Counted from the stretch's first letter, positions 7,817 through 17,057 are shown. The stretch is 49,208 nucleotides of DNA from Methanobacteriota archaeon (GCA_043823295.1 JBDRAY010000057.1:1-49208), one strand, 5' to 3'. The notes: generated from the sequence alone by a model not told the origin. Numbers and translations are program-made.

Positions 7817-8635
7817 ATGGCTCAAAAGAAAAAGAGAAAGCAATCCGGCAGAAACATCCCTTACGAAGAAGCTTATGAAAAATGGCGGAAACGCACTGAA
7901 GAATACCACGAAGAGATTGCTTATTTGCTCCCTGGTTTTGAAAGGGACATTCGAAGACGAGAACGACGTGCGAAACATAAACACCCCACATTTCTGGATA
8001 GTGTCGATGAATCCCGGTATCACCACCACGGAACGGAAGGCCAGGGTATGAACCTCACTATGATAATGCTCGCGCTTCGAACCGACTGGCCGCTAGATGC
8101 TTGGGGAGTCAACATGGGCTGCGGAAACACACCCTTGCACTTGCCACTTATCCCGCAGATAACCAACATCGACGATCCAGCAGTGGTTGCCAGCAGGTAC
8201 TCCATCAAACCCAATAGCGATCTCGTAATCTGTGATGGGAAGAGGATGATTATGGGAGGGAGAATGGAAGATTTCCCGCAACTTCTCAAAGAGAATTCAA
8301 AATACTTTCCCTCGCCCAAACCAGACCTGGTAGTCTGGTCGAACATGTGGAATTACATGAGCAAGTCAGACAGGATTAAATGTCTTCGCGCGACTTGGAA
8401 GGGTTTGAAGCTGGGGGGCTATTTCATAACCGCTGAAGATGAAGGTGTGGGATTCGCCTTTGACGGTGCGGAAAGCATTGTTGAAGAGCTGCCTGATTCC
8501 AAGAGTCCGGCGTTTGCGACTTATGATGCTGTGAGAAGGTTAAAGCTCCCATTTGATCGGACCTATGCTGTTGGGCATCCGATAAACCAGGCTAACGCAA
8601 TAATATTACGGAAGCCTGCGAGAACGCCGAAGTAG
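7817..8635 (+). CDS. putative class I SAM-dependent methyltransferase-like protein with a basic N-terminal extension
   Basis: VNMGCGNTP resembles SAM motif I. DLVVWSNMWNYM and LKLGGYFI resemble the later motifs. The first ~60 aa are Lys/Arg/Glu-rich. The gene is inserted between pyrD and pyrK. Confidence 0.45.
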   Translation: MAQKKKRKQSGRNIPYEEAYEKWRKRTEEYHEEIAYLLPGFERDIRRRERRAKHKHPTFLDSVDESRYHHHGTEGQGMNLTMIMLALRTDWPLDAWGVNMGCGNTPLHLPLIPQITNIDDPAVVASRYSIKPNSDLVICDGKRMIMGGRMEDFPQLLKENSKYFPSPKPDLVVWSNMWNYMSKSDRIKCLRATWKGLKLGGYFITAEDEGVGFAFDGAESIVEELPDSKSPAFATYDAVRRLKLPFDRTYAVGHPINQANAIILRKPARTPK

Positions 8636-8705
8636 TTGTATATATCAAGATTTAATCAAATTGATAATCGTGGATTCTGGACCAGAATATGATAGTGAAA
8701 GGTTG

Positions 8706-9491
8706 ATGGAGCCAGTCCATAAACCCAACTTTTTTACAATTGAAGAAATTGTCGAAGAGACGCCTGAAGTCAGGACCTTTTTTTTCAAGGAGAATCTTGA
8801 TGCGAGGCCAGGGCAGTTCGTAATGGTGTGGCTTCCGGGAGTGAATGAGAAGCCTTTCAGCTTAAGCTATATGGGCAGGCGTACTGGCGTTACCATTGCG
8901 AAAGTCGGAGATTTCACGGAAAAGATGTTCAAGTTGGATGTAGGTGATAAAGTCGGAGTCCGCGGTCCCTACGGAACACACTATACAGTCGACGGTGGGA
9001 ACGTGCTCGTAGTATGCGGGGGATTCGGAGCTGCGTCGGTCGCGCCCCTTGTAGATGAGCTTTCATGTGTCGCCGAAAAGATTTACGGGGTAGTGGGGGC
9101 CAAGACCTGCGACAAGCTTTTTTTCGTGGAAAGGTTTAAGGCGGTGGGAGCTGAAATCTGTGTTACCACCGACGACGGGTCGGCAGGGCTACATTGCCTT
9201 GCAACCGACAATCTGCCCGAACTCCACAAGTCGGAAAATTTCGACAGGATTTATTCGTGCGGCCCTGAAGCCATGATGAAAAAAGCCATGGATTTCGCAA
9301 TCGCGGAAAAAATACCTTGCCAGCTTTCACTTGAAAGATACGTGAAGTGCGGGATAGGGTTGTGCGGGGCGTGTTGTGTGGGAGAGCTTCGAGTGTGCAA
9401 GGACGGGCCGATTTTCAACGCTGAAAGACTATTGGACACTGAATTTGGGGTACTGAGTCGGGAAGCCTCGGGAAAACCCAGGAAAATCTAG
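8706..9491 (+). CDS. pyrK: dihydroorotate dehydrogenase electron-transfer subunit (FAD/2Fe-2S)
   Basis: Ferredoxin-reductase-like N-terminus (RPGQFVMVW) and a C-terminal cluster CGIGLCGACCVGE...C. The ORF track begins at a TTG at 8661. I prefer the ATG at 8706, which gives a typical ~261 aa protein. Confidence 0.85.
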   Translation: MEPVHKPNFFTIEEIVEETPEVRTFFFKENLDARPGQFVMVWLPGVNEKPFSLSYMGRRTGVTIAKVGDFTEKMFKLDVGDKVGVRGPYGTHYTVDGGNVLVVCGGFGAASVAPLVDELSCVAEKIYGVVGAKTCDKLFFVERFKAVGAEICVTTDDGSAGLHCLATDNLPELHKSENFDRIYSCGPEAMMKKAMDFAIAEKIPCQLSLERYVKCGIGLCGACCVGELRVCKDGPIFNAERLLDTEFGVLSREASGKPRKI

Positions 9492-9494
9492 ATT

Positions 9495-10826
9495 ATGGCC
9501 AAAGCAGACTTTAATGTCCAGGGGGGCAGGATCCTCTACAGGGGTGGATTAATCGAGGCTGGAATCGCAGTCCAGGACGGGAAAATCGTCAAGGTCGCAA
9601 AGAGTGCAAATCTTCCTAAGGTGGGCGAGACAGTAAATGCTAAAGGCTTGATTATTCTTCCGGGAGTGATAGACGTTCACGTCCACGTAAGGGATATGGG
9701 CCAGAAGACTAAGGAGGATTGGACGACTGCTTCACACGCTGCTGCGGCAGGAGGAATCACGACAATCCTGGCAATGCCCAACACGAGCCCTCCAATAACC
9801 ACTGCAAGAGCGCTTAAACAATACAAGACTATTGCTCGGAAAAAAAGCGTCGTAGATTATGGCGTATTCATCGGAGCCACAGAAACAAACATGAGAGAGC
9901 TTACGACTTCCGAATCCTGCGGTATCAAACTCGCCATGGGATCGACCACTGGAAACCTGCTCGTCGAAAAAACTGAGAAAATGCGTTCAATACTTGAGAC
10001 TTCCGTGAAGGCGGAGAAGACTGTCGTAGTGCACGCTGAAGACGAGGAGATGATAAAAAAGAGGTTTTTAGCGGTGAAAAAGAAAGGTAAGGAACCACCC
10101 CCAAAAATCCACTCTGTCATCAGGGATCCTGAGGCAGCCCGGATTACAGTATCCAGGGCAATCAAATTATCTAAGCAGACAAATGCAAAAATCCACATAG
10201 CCCACGTGAGCACGAGGGGAGAGCTTATTGAGATTGTGAATGCGAAAAAAGACGGGTTGCCGGTATCCTGTGAGGTCACTCCGCACCACCTTTTTTTGTC
10301 GGAGAAAGACTATGACTCGAAGTCCAATAGGCTTAAGGTAAATCCGCCCGTCCGGTCTAGAAGCGACGTTTCTGCAGCTTGGGGGGCGCTGCTTGAGGGG
10401 ATAATCGACTGTGTTGCGACAGACCATGCACCGCACCTTCTAGATGACAAGGAGCAGGATTATTGGAGTGCTCCGTCCGGGCTTCCAGGCTTGGAGACTA
10501 TGGTACCCCTTATGCTCGACTCTGTTAACAAGAGCATGCTTTCACTTGCTCACGTCGCAGATCTTGTGTGCACTAATCCCGCCAAAATCTTTAGATTGAA
10601 GAATAAGGGTTTGATTGAGGAGGGTTTTGACGCAGACCTAACTTTCGTCGACTTGAAGCAGGAGTGGAAGATTCGGGGAGACGACTTTAAGACTCGGTGC
10701 GGTTGGACTCCTTTCGAAGGCAGAATCGTTTCTGGAAAACCCGTAAAGACTATGATTAGGGGGACGATAGTTTTCGAAGACGGGGACGTAGTCGGGGGCA
10801 GGGGGAGGGAGGTTCAATTCAAATGA
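9495..10826 (+). CDS. pyrC: dihydroorotase
   Basis: VIDVHVHVRD metal-binding HxH motif, HAED, ATDHAPH and a GLPGLET block. Confidence 0.9.
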   Translation: MAKADFNVQGGRILYRGGLIEAGIAVQDGKIVKVAKSANLPKVGETVNAKGLIILPGVIDVHVHVRDMGQKTKEDWTTASHAAAAGGITTILAMPNTSPPITTARALKQYKTIARKKSVVDYGVFIGATETNMRELTTSESCGIKLAMGSTTGNLLVEKTEKMRSILETSVKAEKTVVVHAEDEEMIKKRFLAVKKKGKEPPPKIHSVIRDPEAARITVSRAIKLSKQTNAKIHIAHVSTRGELIEIVNAKKDGLPVSCEVTPHHLFLSEKDYDSKSNRLKVNPPVRSRSDVSAAWGALLEGIIDCVATDHAPHLLDDKEQDYWSAPSGLPGLETMVPLMLDSVNKSMLSLAHVADLVCTNPAKIFRLKNKGLIEEGFDADLTFVDLKQEWKIRGDDFKTRCGWTPFEGRIVSGKPVKTMIRGTIVFEDGDVVGGRGREVQFK

Positions 10827-12025
10827 TCAGAAGATTCAGAGACAGCAGATTCAAAGTGCTCTCTGAATCAAGCGCCGTCGTCTTCTTCATTTGCACTGGA
10901 ATCGGCGCCATCTGGTTTGTTTTGCCGCCGCTTGCGGAGTCGCTTGTGGGAAACCTGACCTTGGTTGGAGCGCTCCTTGCTCTGCCAGCAGTGATGTCTT
11001 TTATAGTCGACATCCCATTGGGTGATTTATGCGATAAAGCCGACAAGAAAAAGATTCTTTTCTGGGGCCTGATCCTCACCGGCGTAACGGGAGCGTACTT
11101 CGGCCTGATAGACTCCGTCACTGACTTAGTCTTGTACCTGATTGCATTCGGAGTCCTCCACACCATAGCCTACATCGTGACGGCGGCCTACGTCATGGAC
11201 GCGTCCCCGAAAAATCTAAGTTCTACTTACCTCGGCACCTACACGTCATTCATGCACTTGGGTTTCGCTTTAGGAGCCCTGGTCGCAGGATACCTGGCAA
11301 GCGACGCCCTGCTTTCAAAGACGGGGCTTGTAGGCTGGTTTTTCGCAGGATTGTGCGTGTTAGGAGCGGTTGCCTCCCTCTCACTTGCACCAGGGAAGTC
11401 TAAGTGCTTAAGAGACGGTATTTGTGAGGTAATCAGAATAGATGGCGTATTCAAAAAAGAGATTTCCGATTTCAGGGCCCTGGGTTTTACAGGGGTTGCG
11501 GTTGTCGGCTTGACCCTCTTGTTAACTGTGTTCGACGGGATTGTCTGGACGCTTGAACCCCTCCTATACAGGCAGTTCAACCTCCCAACGATGGCGGGCG
11601 GAGTGATACTCGCAGCATTCGTGGTCCCTCTCATAGTCTTTGAGGCCCCGGCAGGCTATCTCGCAGACAGGGTCGGCAAGCGCAAGGTGCTTTTCATTGG
11701 GCTGATTGTCGCGGGAGTCTCGACGGTATTATTCAGCTTTTCTTCAAGCTTCACCGCGCTTGTGGCCTACGCGTTCATAACGACTACGGGCATCTCGCTT
11801 GTATGGCCTGCGACAGAGGGAATACTCGCAGACCACGCTGCCGACAAGAAGAAGGGGGAAGTCATAGGAGTGTGGAGGTCGTCTGCAGACTTAGGTTACG
11901 TCATAGGGCCGCTCACGGGGGGAATACTCGCACAATACACAAGCATCACCACAGTCTTCTCAATTGCGGGAGTAGTGTTGGTTGCCGCAAGCCTCCTAGC
12001 ATTATCCCTGGGAAAAATCAGGTAA
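10823..12025 (+). CDS. MFS transporter
   Basis: About 12 predicted TM segments and LADRVGKRKV (an MFS loop 2-3-like motif in the second half). The start overlaps the pyrC stop (ATGA). Confidence 0.8.
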   Translation: MIRRFRDSRFKVLSESSAVVFFICTGIGAIWFVLPPLAESLVGNLTLVGALLALPAVMSFIVDIPLGDLCDKADKKKILFWGLILTGVTGAYFGLIDSVTDLVLYLIAFGVLHTIAYIVTAAYVMDASPKNLSSTYLGTYTSFMHLGFALGALVAGYLASDALLSKTGLVGWFFAGLCVLGAVASLSLAPGKSKCLRDGICEVIRIDGVFKKEISDFRALGFTGVAVVGLTLLLTVFDGIVWTLEPLLYRQFNLPTMAGGVILAAFVVPLIVFEAPAGYLADRVGKRKVLFIGLIVAGVSTVLFSFSSSFTALVAYAFITTTGISLVWPATEGILADHAADKKKGEVIGVWRSSADLGYVIGPLTGGILAQYTSITTVFSIAGVVLVAASLLALSLGKIR

Positions 12026-13286
12026 GGCCCAAGCTCTCGGAAACTATCTTTTTAACTTCCTCGGGGGGATTGCCAAGCCTTATAAGAGACGTATTACCCC
12101 TAATACCCTTGCCTGAGACAGTCAAAGTTAAAAGACCCAGCATCTCAAGGTCATTCAAATACTCCCTAAACCACCTCATCGTCCGGGATTTCAAGTTAAG
12201 CAGCCTGCAAACCCGCTCGTAAGCCTCATAAACCTCGCCCGAAAAAAGAACACCTTCCGGCGAAGCACCCAACCGCTTATACGCACTCCCCCGAATCAAC
12301 GTCTCGGCAATCGAATACAAAACAATCTGCTGGTGCTCGGGAAGAGTCGAAATAATCTCGAAAGTAATATCCTCCTCAACCTTAACCTTCGCAGACTTCA
12401 CATCGTCAACAGTAATCCGCTTGTGACCAGAACCTTGAGCAAGCTCCCCCGCCTTCTTCAAAAGTCGCAGTGCATACCTCGCATCCCCGTTGGTTTGAGC
12501 CCCGTACGCGGAAATCAAGCCGACACTGGAAGACGCGATAACGCCCTTTTTAAAGCCGAGCCTCAACCTCTGCGTTAAAATCGACTTGAGCTGGTTAGCG
12601 TGGTAGGGTTTGAAGACTAGCTCCTCCTCGCAGAGAGTGCTCTTGCTTCTCGAGTCAAGTACGTCTTTAAATGAGAACTTGTTTGAAATCCCAATTATCG
12701 AAACGCTTCCAGACGCTATCTCGTCGTTTATTCTTGTTAGGATGTAAAGGAGGTCGTCAGCATCCTTTATCATGTCCACTTCGTCAAGAACAACCACAAG
12801 ATTGAGGTTATTCACCTCCACGAAAATCCTAAGACGCTCATAGAGTTCAGTGGGGGATAATCCTGAAAGCCGGCCCTTCTTTCTCCGATCCTCCATCGGT
12901 TTATTCTCATAGCCTGGTCGGTTTAAGGACTCGTCTTCCAGAATCTTCAACAACACCTGGTACTTAGAGTTGTAGCCGACCCTACAGTTCATGTAAACGC
13001 ACTCAACCTTGACGTTCTTCTTGTTTTTCTCGGGGTCATCGACAACGCGTTTTAATTCCCGCGTCACATGCCTTATGACCGCAGTCTTTCCCGTGCCCGT
13101 CTTCCCGTACACGAAAACATTGTTTGGCTTAGTCTCGCGGAGTATGGGGCCGATAATCCGGATTATCTGACTTATCTCGGATTTCCTGTGCGGAAGCTTG
13201 TCTGGAACATAGTGAGGACTCAAAACCGAAGCATCCTTGAAAAGCCCGCCACCGCTCAATTCAGACTCGAAGAGATTTGAAACCAT
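12018..13286 (-). CDS. cdc6: Orc1/Cdc6 replication initiator
   Basis: Walker A GKTGTGKT, Walker B VVVLDEVD, GISN sensor region and a C-terminal winged-helix-like part. The N-terminal L..HYVPDKLPHR is typical of archaeal Orc1/Cdc6. Confidence 0.9.
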   Translation of the reverse strand: MVSNLFESELSGGGLFKDASVLSPHYVPDKLPHRKSEISQIIRIIGPILRETKPNNVFVYGKTGTGKTAVIRHVTRELKRVVDDPEKNKKNVKVECVYMNCRVGYNSKYQVLLKILEDESLNRPGYENKPMEDRRKKGRLSGLSPTELYERLRIFVEVNNLNLVVVLDEVDMIKDADDLLYILTRINDEIASGSVSIIGISNKFSFKDVLDSRSKSTLCEEELVFKPYHANQLKSILTQRLRLGFKKGVIASSSVGLISAYGAQTNGDARYALRLLKKAGELAQGSGHKRITVDDVKSAKVKVEEDITFEIISTLPEHQQIVLYSIAETLIRGSAYKRLGASPEGVLFSGEVYEAYERVCRLLNLKSRTMRWFREYLNDLEMLGLLTLTVSGKGIRGNTSLIRLGNPPEEVKKIVSESLGLT

Positions 13287-13374
13287 TTATAAGGTATAAG
13301 ATTAAATCAGTATAGTTTAAATAAATACTTGTACTACGTAAGATATTTCATCTAAACGAGGTGAGGTTTTTAAA

Positions 13375-13752
13375 ATGCCGTTCAAAGGAATTTTTGGAAA
13401 GAGGAAAGATGAAGGTGGAGACATCGACATTGAAGACTACTTAAATGAGCTATCCATAAGGGATGGCCAGATTATGGAGCGGGAGGATGTGACGTACATC
13501 AAGCCCGTAGTCTTGGATGTTGAAGGTAAAGGTATTGGAACAGTAATAAGCGAGCTTGAGAAGAATAACGTCATCGTCTTGAACGTGAAAGCTTTATTAC
13601 ACAACAAGGTTTTGCTTCGAGAGATTGTGAAAGAGCTTCGTGACTCCTGTATCGAACTTGACGGGGATTTGGGTAAAATCTCTGACGAGAAGATACTTAT
13701 CGTCCCTGCTGGAATGAGGATTTCCCACTCTGAAGTGCAATCTAAAGATTAA
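13375..13752 (+). CDS. sepF: archaeal SepF-like cell division protein (DUF552)
   Basis: 125 aa. The N-terminal amphipathic MPFKGIFGKRK is followed by the DUF552-like core (IKPVVLDVEG...VIVLNV...ILIVP). Confidence 0.65.
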   Translation: MPFKGIFGKRKDEGGDIDIEDYLNELSIRDGQIMEREDVTYIKPVVLDVEGKGIGTVISELEKNNVIVLNVKALLHNKVLLREIVKELRDSCIELDGDLGKISDEKILIVPAGMRISHSEVQSKD

Positions 13753-13767
13753 TCAGGGGTTTGGTAT

Positions 13768-14478
13768 TCAACTGAATACTGTCTCCAGGGGAAATACTGT
13801 AATCCCTTGATCCGTAATCTTTAAGGGTCGAGTGTGCTTGTCAAAGGATGAGCCGCGCATCTTCTCGATGCTGATTGCGTTTATGGTTTCTCCCTCATGC
13901 TTTATTTTAAGCATCTTGACGACTCCGGAAGCCAGGAACTCCTCCATCAGTGGCCTGTCCTCATCGCTTGACTCTATTGTGAGAAGTGTCGTAACGTCTA
14001 TTCTCGACAAAAAATTCATGAGCGACAATATCTCCCTTCTAGGGTTTGAATCCTCGTCATATAGCATTCGGATGCTAGTGAGAGAGTCTATTACCATCCG
14101 TTTTGGATTGTAGCTTGAAATCCTAGATTTAATCGTATTGATGAGATTCGACAAAGTGAAATCGGGTTTGCTCATAACGCTCTCGCTTTTAAGCTGCCAG
14201 GCACCGCTTTCAGGGTCCTGATAAGTGTCTAAAAGCTTTATGCCGCGGAGATCCCACCCGAACTCGGCCATGTCCTGGACTATCTGGTTCGAGTTCTCCT
14301 CAAGAGTTATGAAGATGCCGCGCTCCTTTTTTCTGACGCCTTCCATGAGAAACTGCATGGTCAGGATGGTTTTCCCTGCACCAGGCCCCCCTGTAACAAT
14401 ATAAGGGCGCCCACGAATCAAACCACCCTCAAGCATGTCATCCAATCCTGGAATCCCGGTTGGAATCTTCTCCATCAA
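13768..14478 (-). CDS. KaiC/RecA-superfamily ATPase (single domain)
   Basis: IPTGIPGLDDMLEGGLIRGRPYIVTGGPGAGKT (Walker A), then MVIDSL Walker B-like. This layout is typical of COG0467. Confidence 0.8.
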   Translation of the reverse strand: MMEKIPTGIPGLDDMLEGGLIRGRPYIVTGGPGAGKTILTMQFLMEGVRKKERGIFITLEENSNQIVQDMAEFGWDLRGIKLLDTYQDPESGAWQLKSESVMSKPDFTLSNLINTIKSRISSYNPKRMVIDSLTSIRMLYDEDSNPRREILSLMNFLSRIDVTTLLTIESSDEDRPLMEEFLASGVVKMLKIKHEGETINAISIEKMRGSSFDKHTRPLKITDQGITVFPLETVFS

Positions 14479-14556
14479 GTATTGTATTAGATGAGGGAGA
14501 TATAAAAGACGGCTTAGGCGTGTTTCCCAAGGTTCAATGCTTTTATGAAAAACAAT

Positions 14557-14583
14557 TTTTACATATAATGATTATATGTAAAA
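14557..14583. promoter_or_regulatory. perfect 11-bp inverted repeat (TTTTACATATA-ATGAT-TATATGTAAAA) in the divergent promoter region
   Basis: Read directly from the sequence. It ends 14 nt before the ATG at 14598 and overlaps TATA-like sequence, so it is a candidate operator. Confidence 0.4.
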
Positions 14584-14597
14584 TCTTTTAAGAAAAG

Positions 14598-15272
14598 ATG
14601 AAATTCGAGGATATCTTAAGCGAGCTTGAACGCCTCCGCGATCCCTCAAACATCGAGGGTATGAAGCGTTTTGGAATCACTCCAGACCATACGTTTGGAG
14701 TGAGGCTTCCCGACCTCCGCAGGATTGCTAAAGAGGCGGGGAGGGATCACGAGCTAGCCCTAAAACTTTGGGCGAAGGACACCAGGGAGACTAGGATTCT
14801 AGCAGCCATGATTGCCGAGCCGAAAAAGACTTCTTCCGAGCTTATGGACTCGTGGGCGTCCGAATTCGCTTACTGGGAGATTTGCGACCAGTGCTGCATG
14901 AACTTGTTTTGGCTGACACCCATCGCATATGAAAAAGCCTGTGAGTGGAGCGAAAGCGATGAGGAATACGTGAAGCGTGCCGGGTTCGCGCTTGTGGCAG
15001 TGCTTGCGTGGAAGGATAAATTAGTCCTTGATGAGAAGTTGGAGGAATTCTTTCCATACATCAAGCAGGGTTCAATTGATGAGCGGCCGATTGTTAAGAA
15101 GGCTGTGAACTGGGCGCTTCGGCAGATCGGCAAGCGAAATAGAGCATTGAATTCGAAGGCTATCAAGCTTGCCAGGGAAATTGAATTGATCGATTCTAAG
15201 GCTTCCAGGTGGGTGGCAGGCGACGCCTTGAGGGAGCTTTGCGGAGACGCGGTTCAAAAGCGTTTAACTTAA
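14598..15272 (+). CDS. DNA alkylation repair protein (AlkD-like HEAT-repeat family)
   Basis: MKRFGI...FGVRLPDLRRIAKE...LALKLW...RETRILA and a C-terminal KKAVNWALRQIGKRN match the DNA_alkylation family pattern. Confidence 0.75.
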   Translation: MKFEDILSELERLRDPSNIEGMKRFGITPDHTFGVRLPDLRRIAKEAGRDHELALKLWAKDTRETRILAAMIAEPKKTSSELMDSWASEFAYWEICDQCCMNLFWLTPIAYEKACEWSESDEEYVKRAGFALVAVLAWKDKLVLDEKLEEFFPYIKQGSIDERPIVKKAVNWALRQIGKRNRALNSKAIKLAREIELIDSKASRWVAGDALRELCGDAVQKRLT

Positions 15273-15812
15273 AGCGTATTCTTTAAGGACTGTGTAAATC
15301 GGCCCTTTTGACGTGAGCTTGCTTTCGATTAATTGGATTTTTTCGCAAGTATAAGTCCCAAATTCTGTGTTTTCGTGTTCTGAGAGTATGTCCGCAAGCC
15401 TACTTTTGTTATCCATGAATTTCACCCGGCTAATTGTGTAGTGGGGGTGGAAGCGTTTTTCCGGCTTGAATCCTAGAGGTTTCAGGTTTTCGTCGATTAG
15501 TCCATGCAAATTATTTATGTCAGTTGAGCCTTCTGAGGTTCCAGCCCAGATAATTTTAGGGTGAGAGGGTTTGGGGAATGCTCCAAGACCTGAGACAGTG
15601 ATATTGAAGCCTTGCTCGTTTTCAATGTGTGACAGTTTAGTGATTGTTTGTTTTAATTTTTCTTCACCTACTTCCCCGATAAATTTTAGTGTTAAGTGGA
15701 TGTTTTCTTGTTCTACAGGCTTGATTTTCCCGCATTCGGAAATCAGGGTTTGAATGGGTTGAAACTTAGTTCTAATTTCCGTAGGGGCGGGTATGGCGAT
15801 GAAAAGTCTCAT
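15264..15812 (-). CDS. thpR: RNA 2',3'-cyclic phosphodiesterase (2H family, LigT/ThpR)
   Basis: Two H-x-T/S motifs (HLTLKFIGE and HYTISRV). I prefer the ATG at 15812 (MRLFIAIP), typical for the family, over the TTG at 15842 in the ORF track. Confidence 0.8.
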   Translation of the reverse strand: MRLFIAIPAPTEIRTKFQPIQTLISECGKIKPVEQENIHLTLKFIGEVGEEKLKQTITKLSHIENEQGFNITVSGLGAFPKPSHPKIIWAGTSEGSTDINNLHGLIDENLKPLGFKPEKRFHPHYTISRVKFMDNKSRLADILSEHENTEFGTYTCEKIQLIESKLTSKGPIYTVLKEYALS

Positions 15813-16024
15813 ATTATTCGATAATTTATTGAAAAAAGTCAATAAAAATGATTCATTTTATGAATAACGTTCAATTATTCTCTATTTTTTAAAATAATGT
15901 TCTATTTAGGCTTTTTTAACTGAATGGGGGCTGAAATAGCGGAAGATTTATATACATAACATCAAATTAAGTAGTTGGTAGGGGTGATGGCAGACTGAGT
16001 CTAAAAAAATATTTAGCATACTTA

Positions 16025-17047
16025 GTGATTTTATTTCTTGCACCATGTTTTGTCTCAGCAGCCCAGACCACGACCCTGAAAACTGAAACACTAAGGTTAG
16101 AGGAGTTGATTCAAACAACCAAACCGATATGCAATCTTTACGAACCCGACCTCACCTTACAGATTGCATCCTTGAAGATAAGGCCTGAAGAAGATGTTTC
16201 GAACAGGATAAAAGAGATTCTTTCAGACAAACCAGAATTAGACCTGATTGTGACTTCCGAATACTCGCTCTGGAAGGGAAGCTACAACGAACAAACCCCC
16301 CGAATCAGAATTGACTGTGAAGTCAAAGTTGAAGGAAACTGCCTTATCGAAGACATGAAAAACGGGGGATCCATAATCGAGGAGATTGAGGAGATTAAGG
16401 AACTCGCCTACTTAAACAACGTAAACATCATTTTAGGAACGCTTCCGACCCAGGAGCTAGTGGAAACCCCAGACCCCGACCTTAACGAGCCATTATACAA
16501 CACGCTCGTCGTTATAAACAGGCAGGGCAATCTCATCGGGAAGAAGATGAAGACTAAGGGATCCGACTGGTGTATTCCCGCAAAAAACGGTAAGAACAAC
16601 CAGTGTTGGATTTACGGTGACATACACAACGAGACTCGGGAAAAAGCTTTATCATCATCCCGGACTTTCACTTTAACGAGCAAGTCCAACGAGGAGTTTA
16701 CGGTCTTCACTTCAATCTGTCTGGACTTGGACGATGAGGAGATGATTAAACAGGGTGCTGGAAGCAATGCAGATCTTTTAATCTGGACTACTGAGACTGG
16801 CGCGGATGAGGGTATTGAGGAGATTACAAGCGAAGTTCAGATGGGGGGCGACTTGGGGTGGGGTTTTATTACTGGGAAGGTGATTGAACCCTACGTTGAA
16901 AAACACAATACGATAAGGGATGGTGGAGTCTTTATTGTAGCCGACCGCATCCAAAGCGGGTTGATTAATTTAAAACAAAACCCTATAGATTCACTCGAAA
17001 TAACCAAAGATTTTGTTTACGGAATAATAGAATTGCAAGACAGGTGA
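16025..17047 (+). CDS. exported carbon-nitrogen hydrolase-like protein
   Basis: Hydrophobic N-terminus ending in AAQ. A candidate Glu-Lys-Cys triad sits in the usual contexts: DLIVTSEYSLW, NRQGNLIGKKMKTK and FTSICLDLDDEE. The start is uncertain, because the in-frame upstream sequence encodes SLKKYLAYL but has no canonical start codon. Confidence 0.45.
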   Translation: MILFLAPCFVSAAQTTTLKTETLRLEELIQTTKPICNLYEPDLTLQIASLKIRPEEDVSNRIKEILSDKPELDLIVTSEYSLWKGSYNEQTPRIRIDCEVKVEGNCLIEDMKNGGSIIEEIEEIKELAYLNNVNIILGTLPTQELVETPDPDLNEPLYNTLVVINRQGNLIGKKMKTKGSDWCIPAKNGKNNQCWIYGDIHNETREKALSSSRTFTLTSKSNEEFTVFTSICLDLDDEEMIKQGAGSNADLLIWTTETGADEGIEEITSEVQMGGDLGWGFITGKVIEPYVEKHNTIRDGGVFIVADRIQSGLINLKQNPIDSLEITKDFVYGIIELQDR

Positions 17048-17057
17048 GAAAAATAAG

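Noticed and set aside
9489-9491. Genome-wide TAG recoding or read-through, since pyrK/pyrC, the NTase/242-aa pair (TAG at 4218-4220) and the GNAT halves are each in-frame across a TAG
   Set aside because: PyrK and PyrC are independent proteins with normal termini, and TAG also ends lemA cleanly. The same-frame arrangement is compatible with chance. Only the GNAT case interrupts a domain.
13287-13374. Replication origin upstream of cdc6
   Set aside because: The spacer is only 88 bp. It is AT-rich, but I found no repeated ORB or mini-ORB-like elements, so I cannot support an origin call from sequence alone.
15843-16024. 180-bp AT-rich intergenic region considered as a DNA-unwinding element or origin
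   Set aside because: It has only weak short repeats (GAATAA...TTATTC, TTCTCTATTT/GTTCTATTT) and lies 2.5 kb from cdc6. It is more simply the divergent promoter region for thpR and the exported hydrolase gene.
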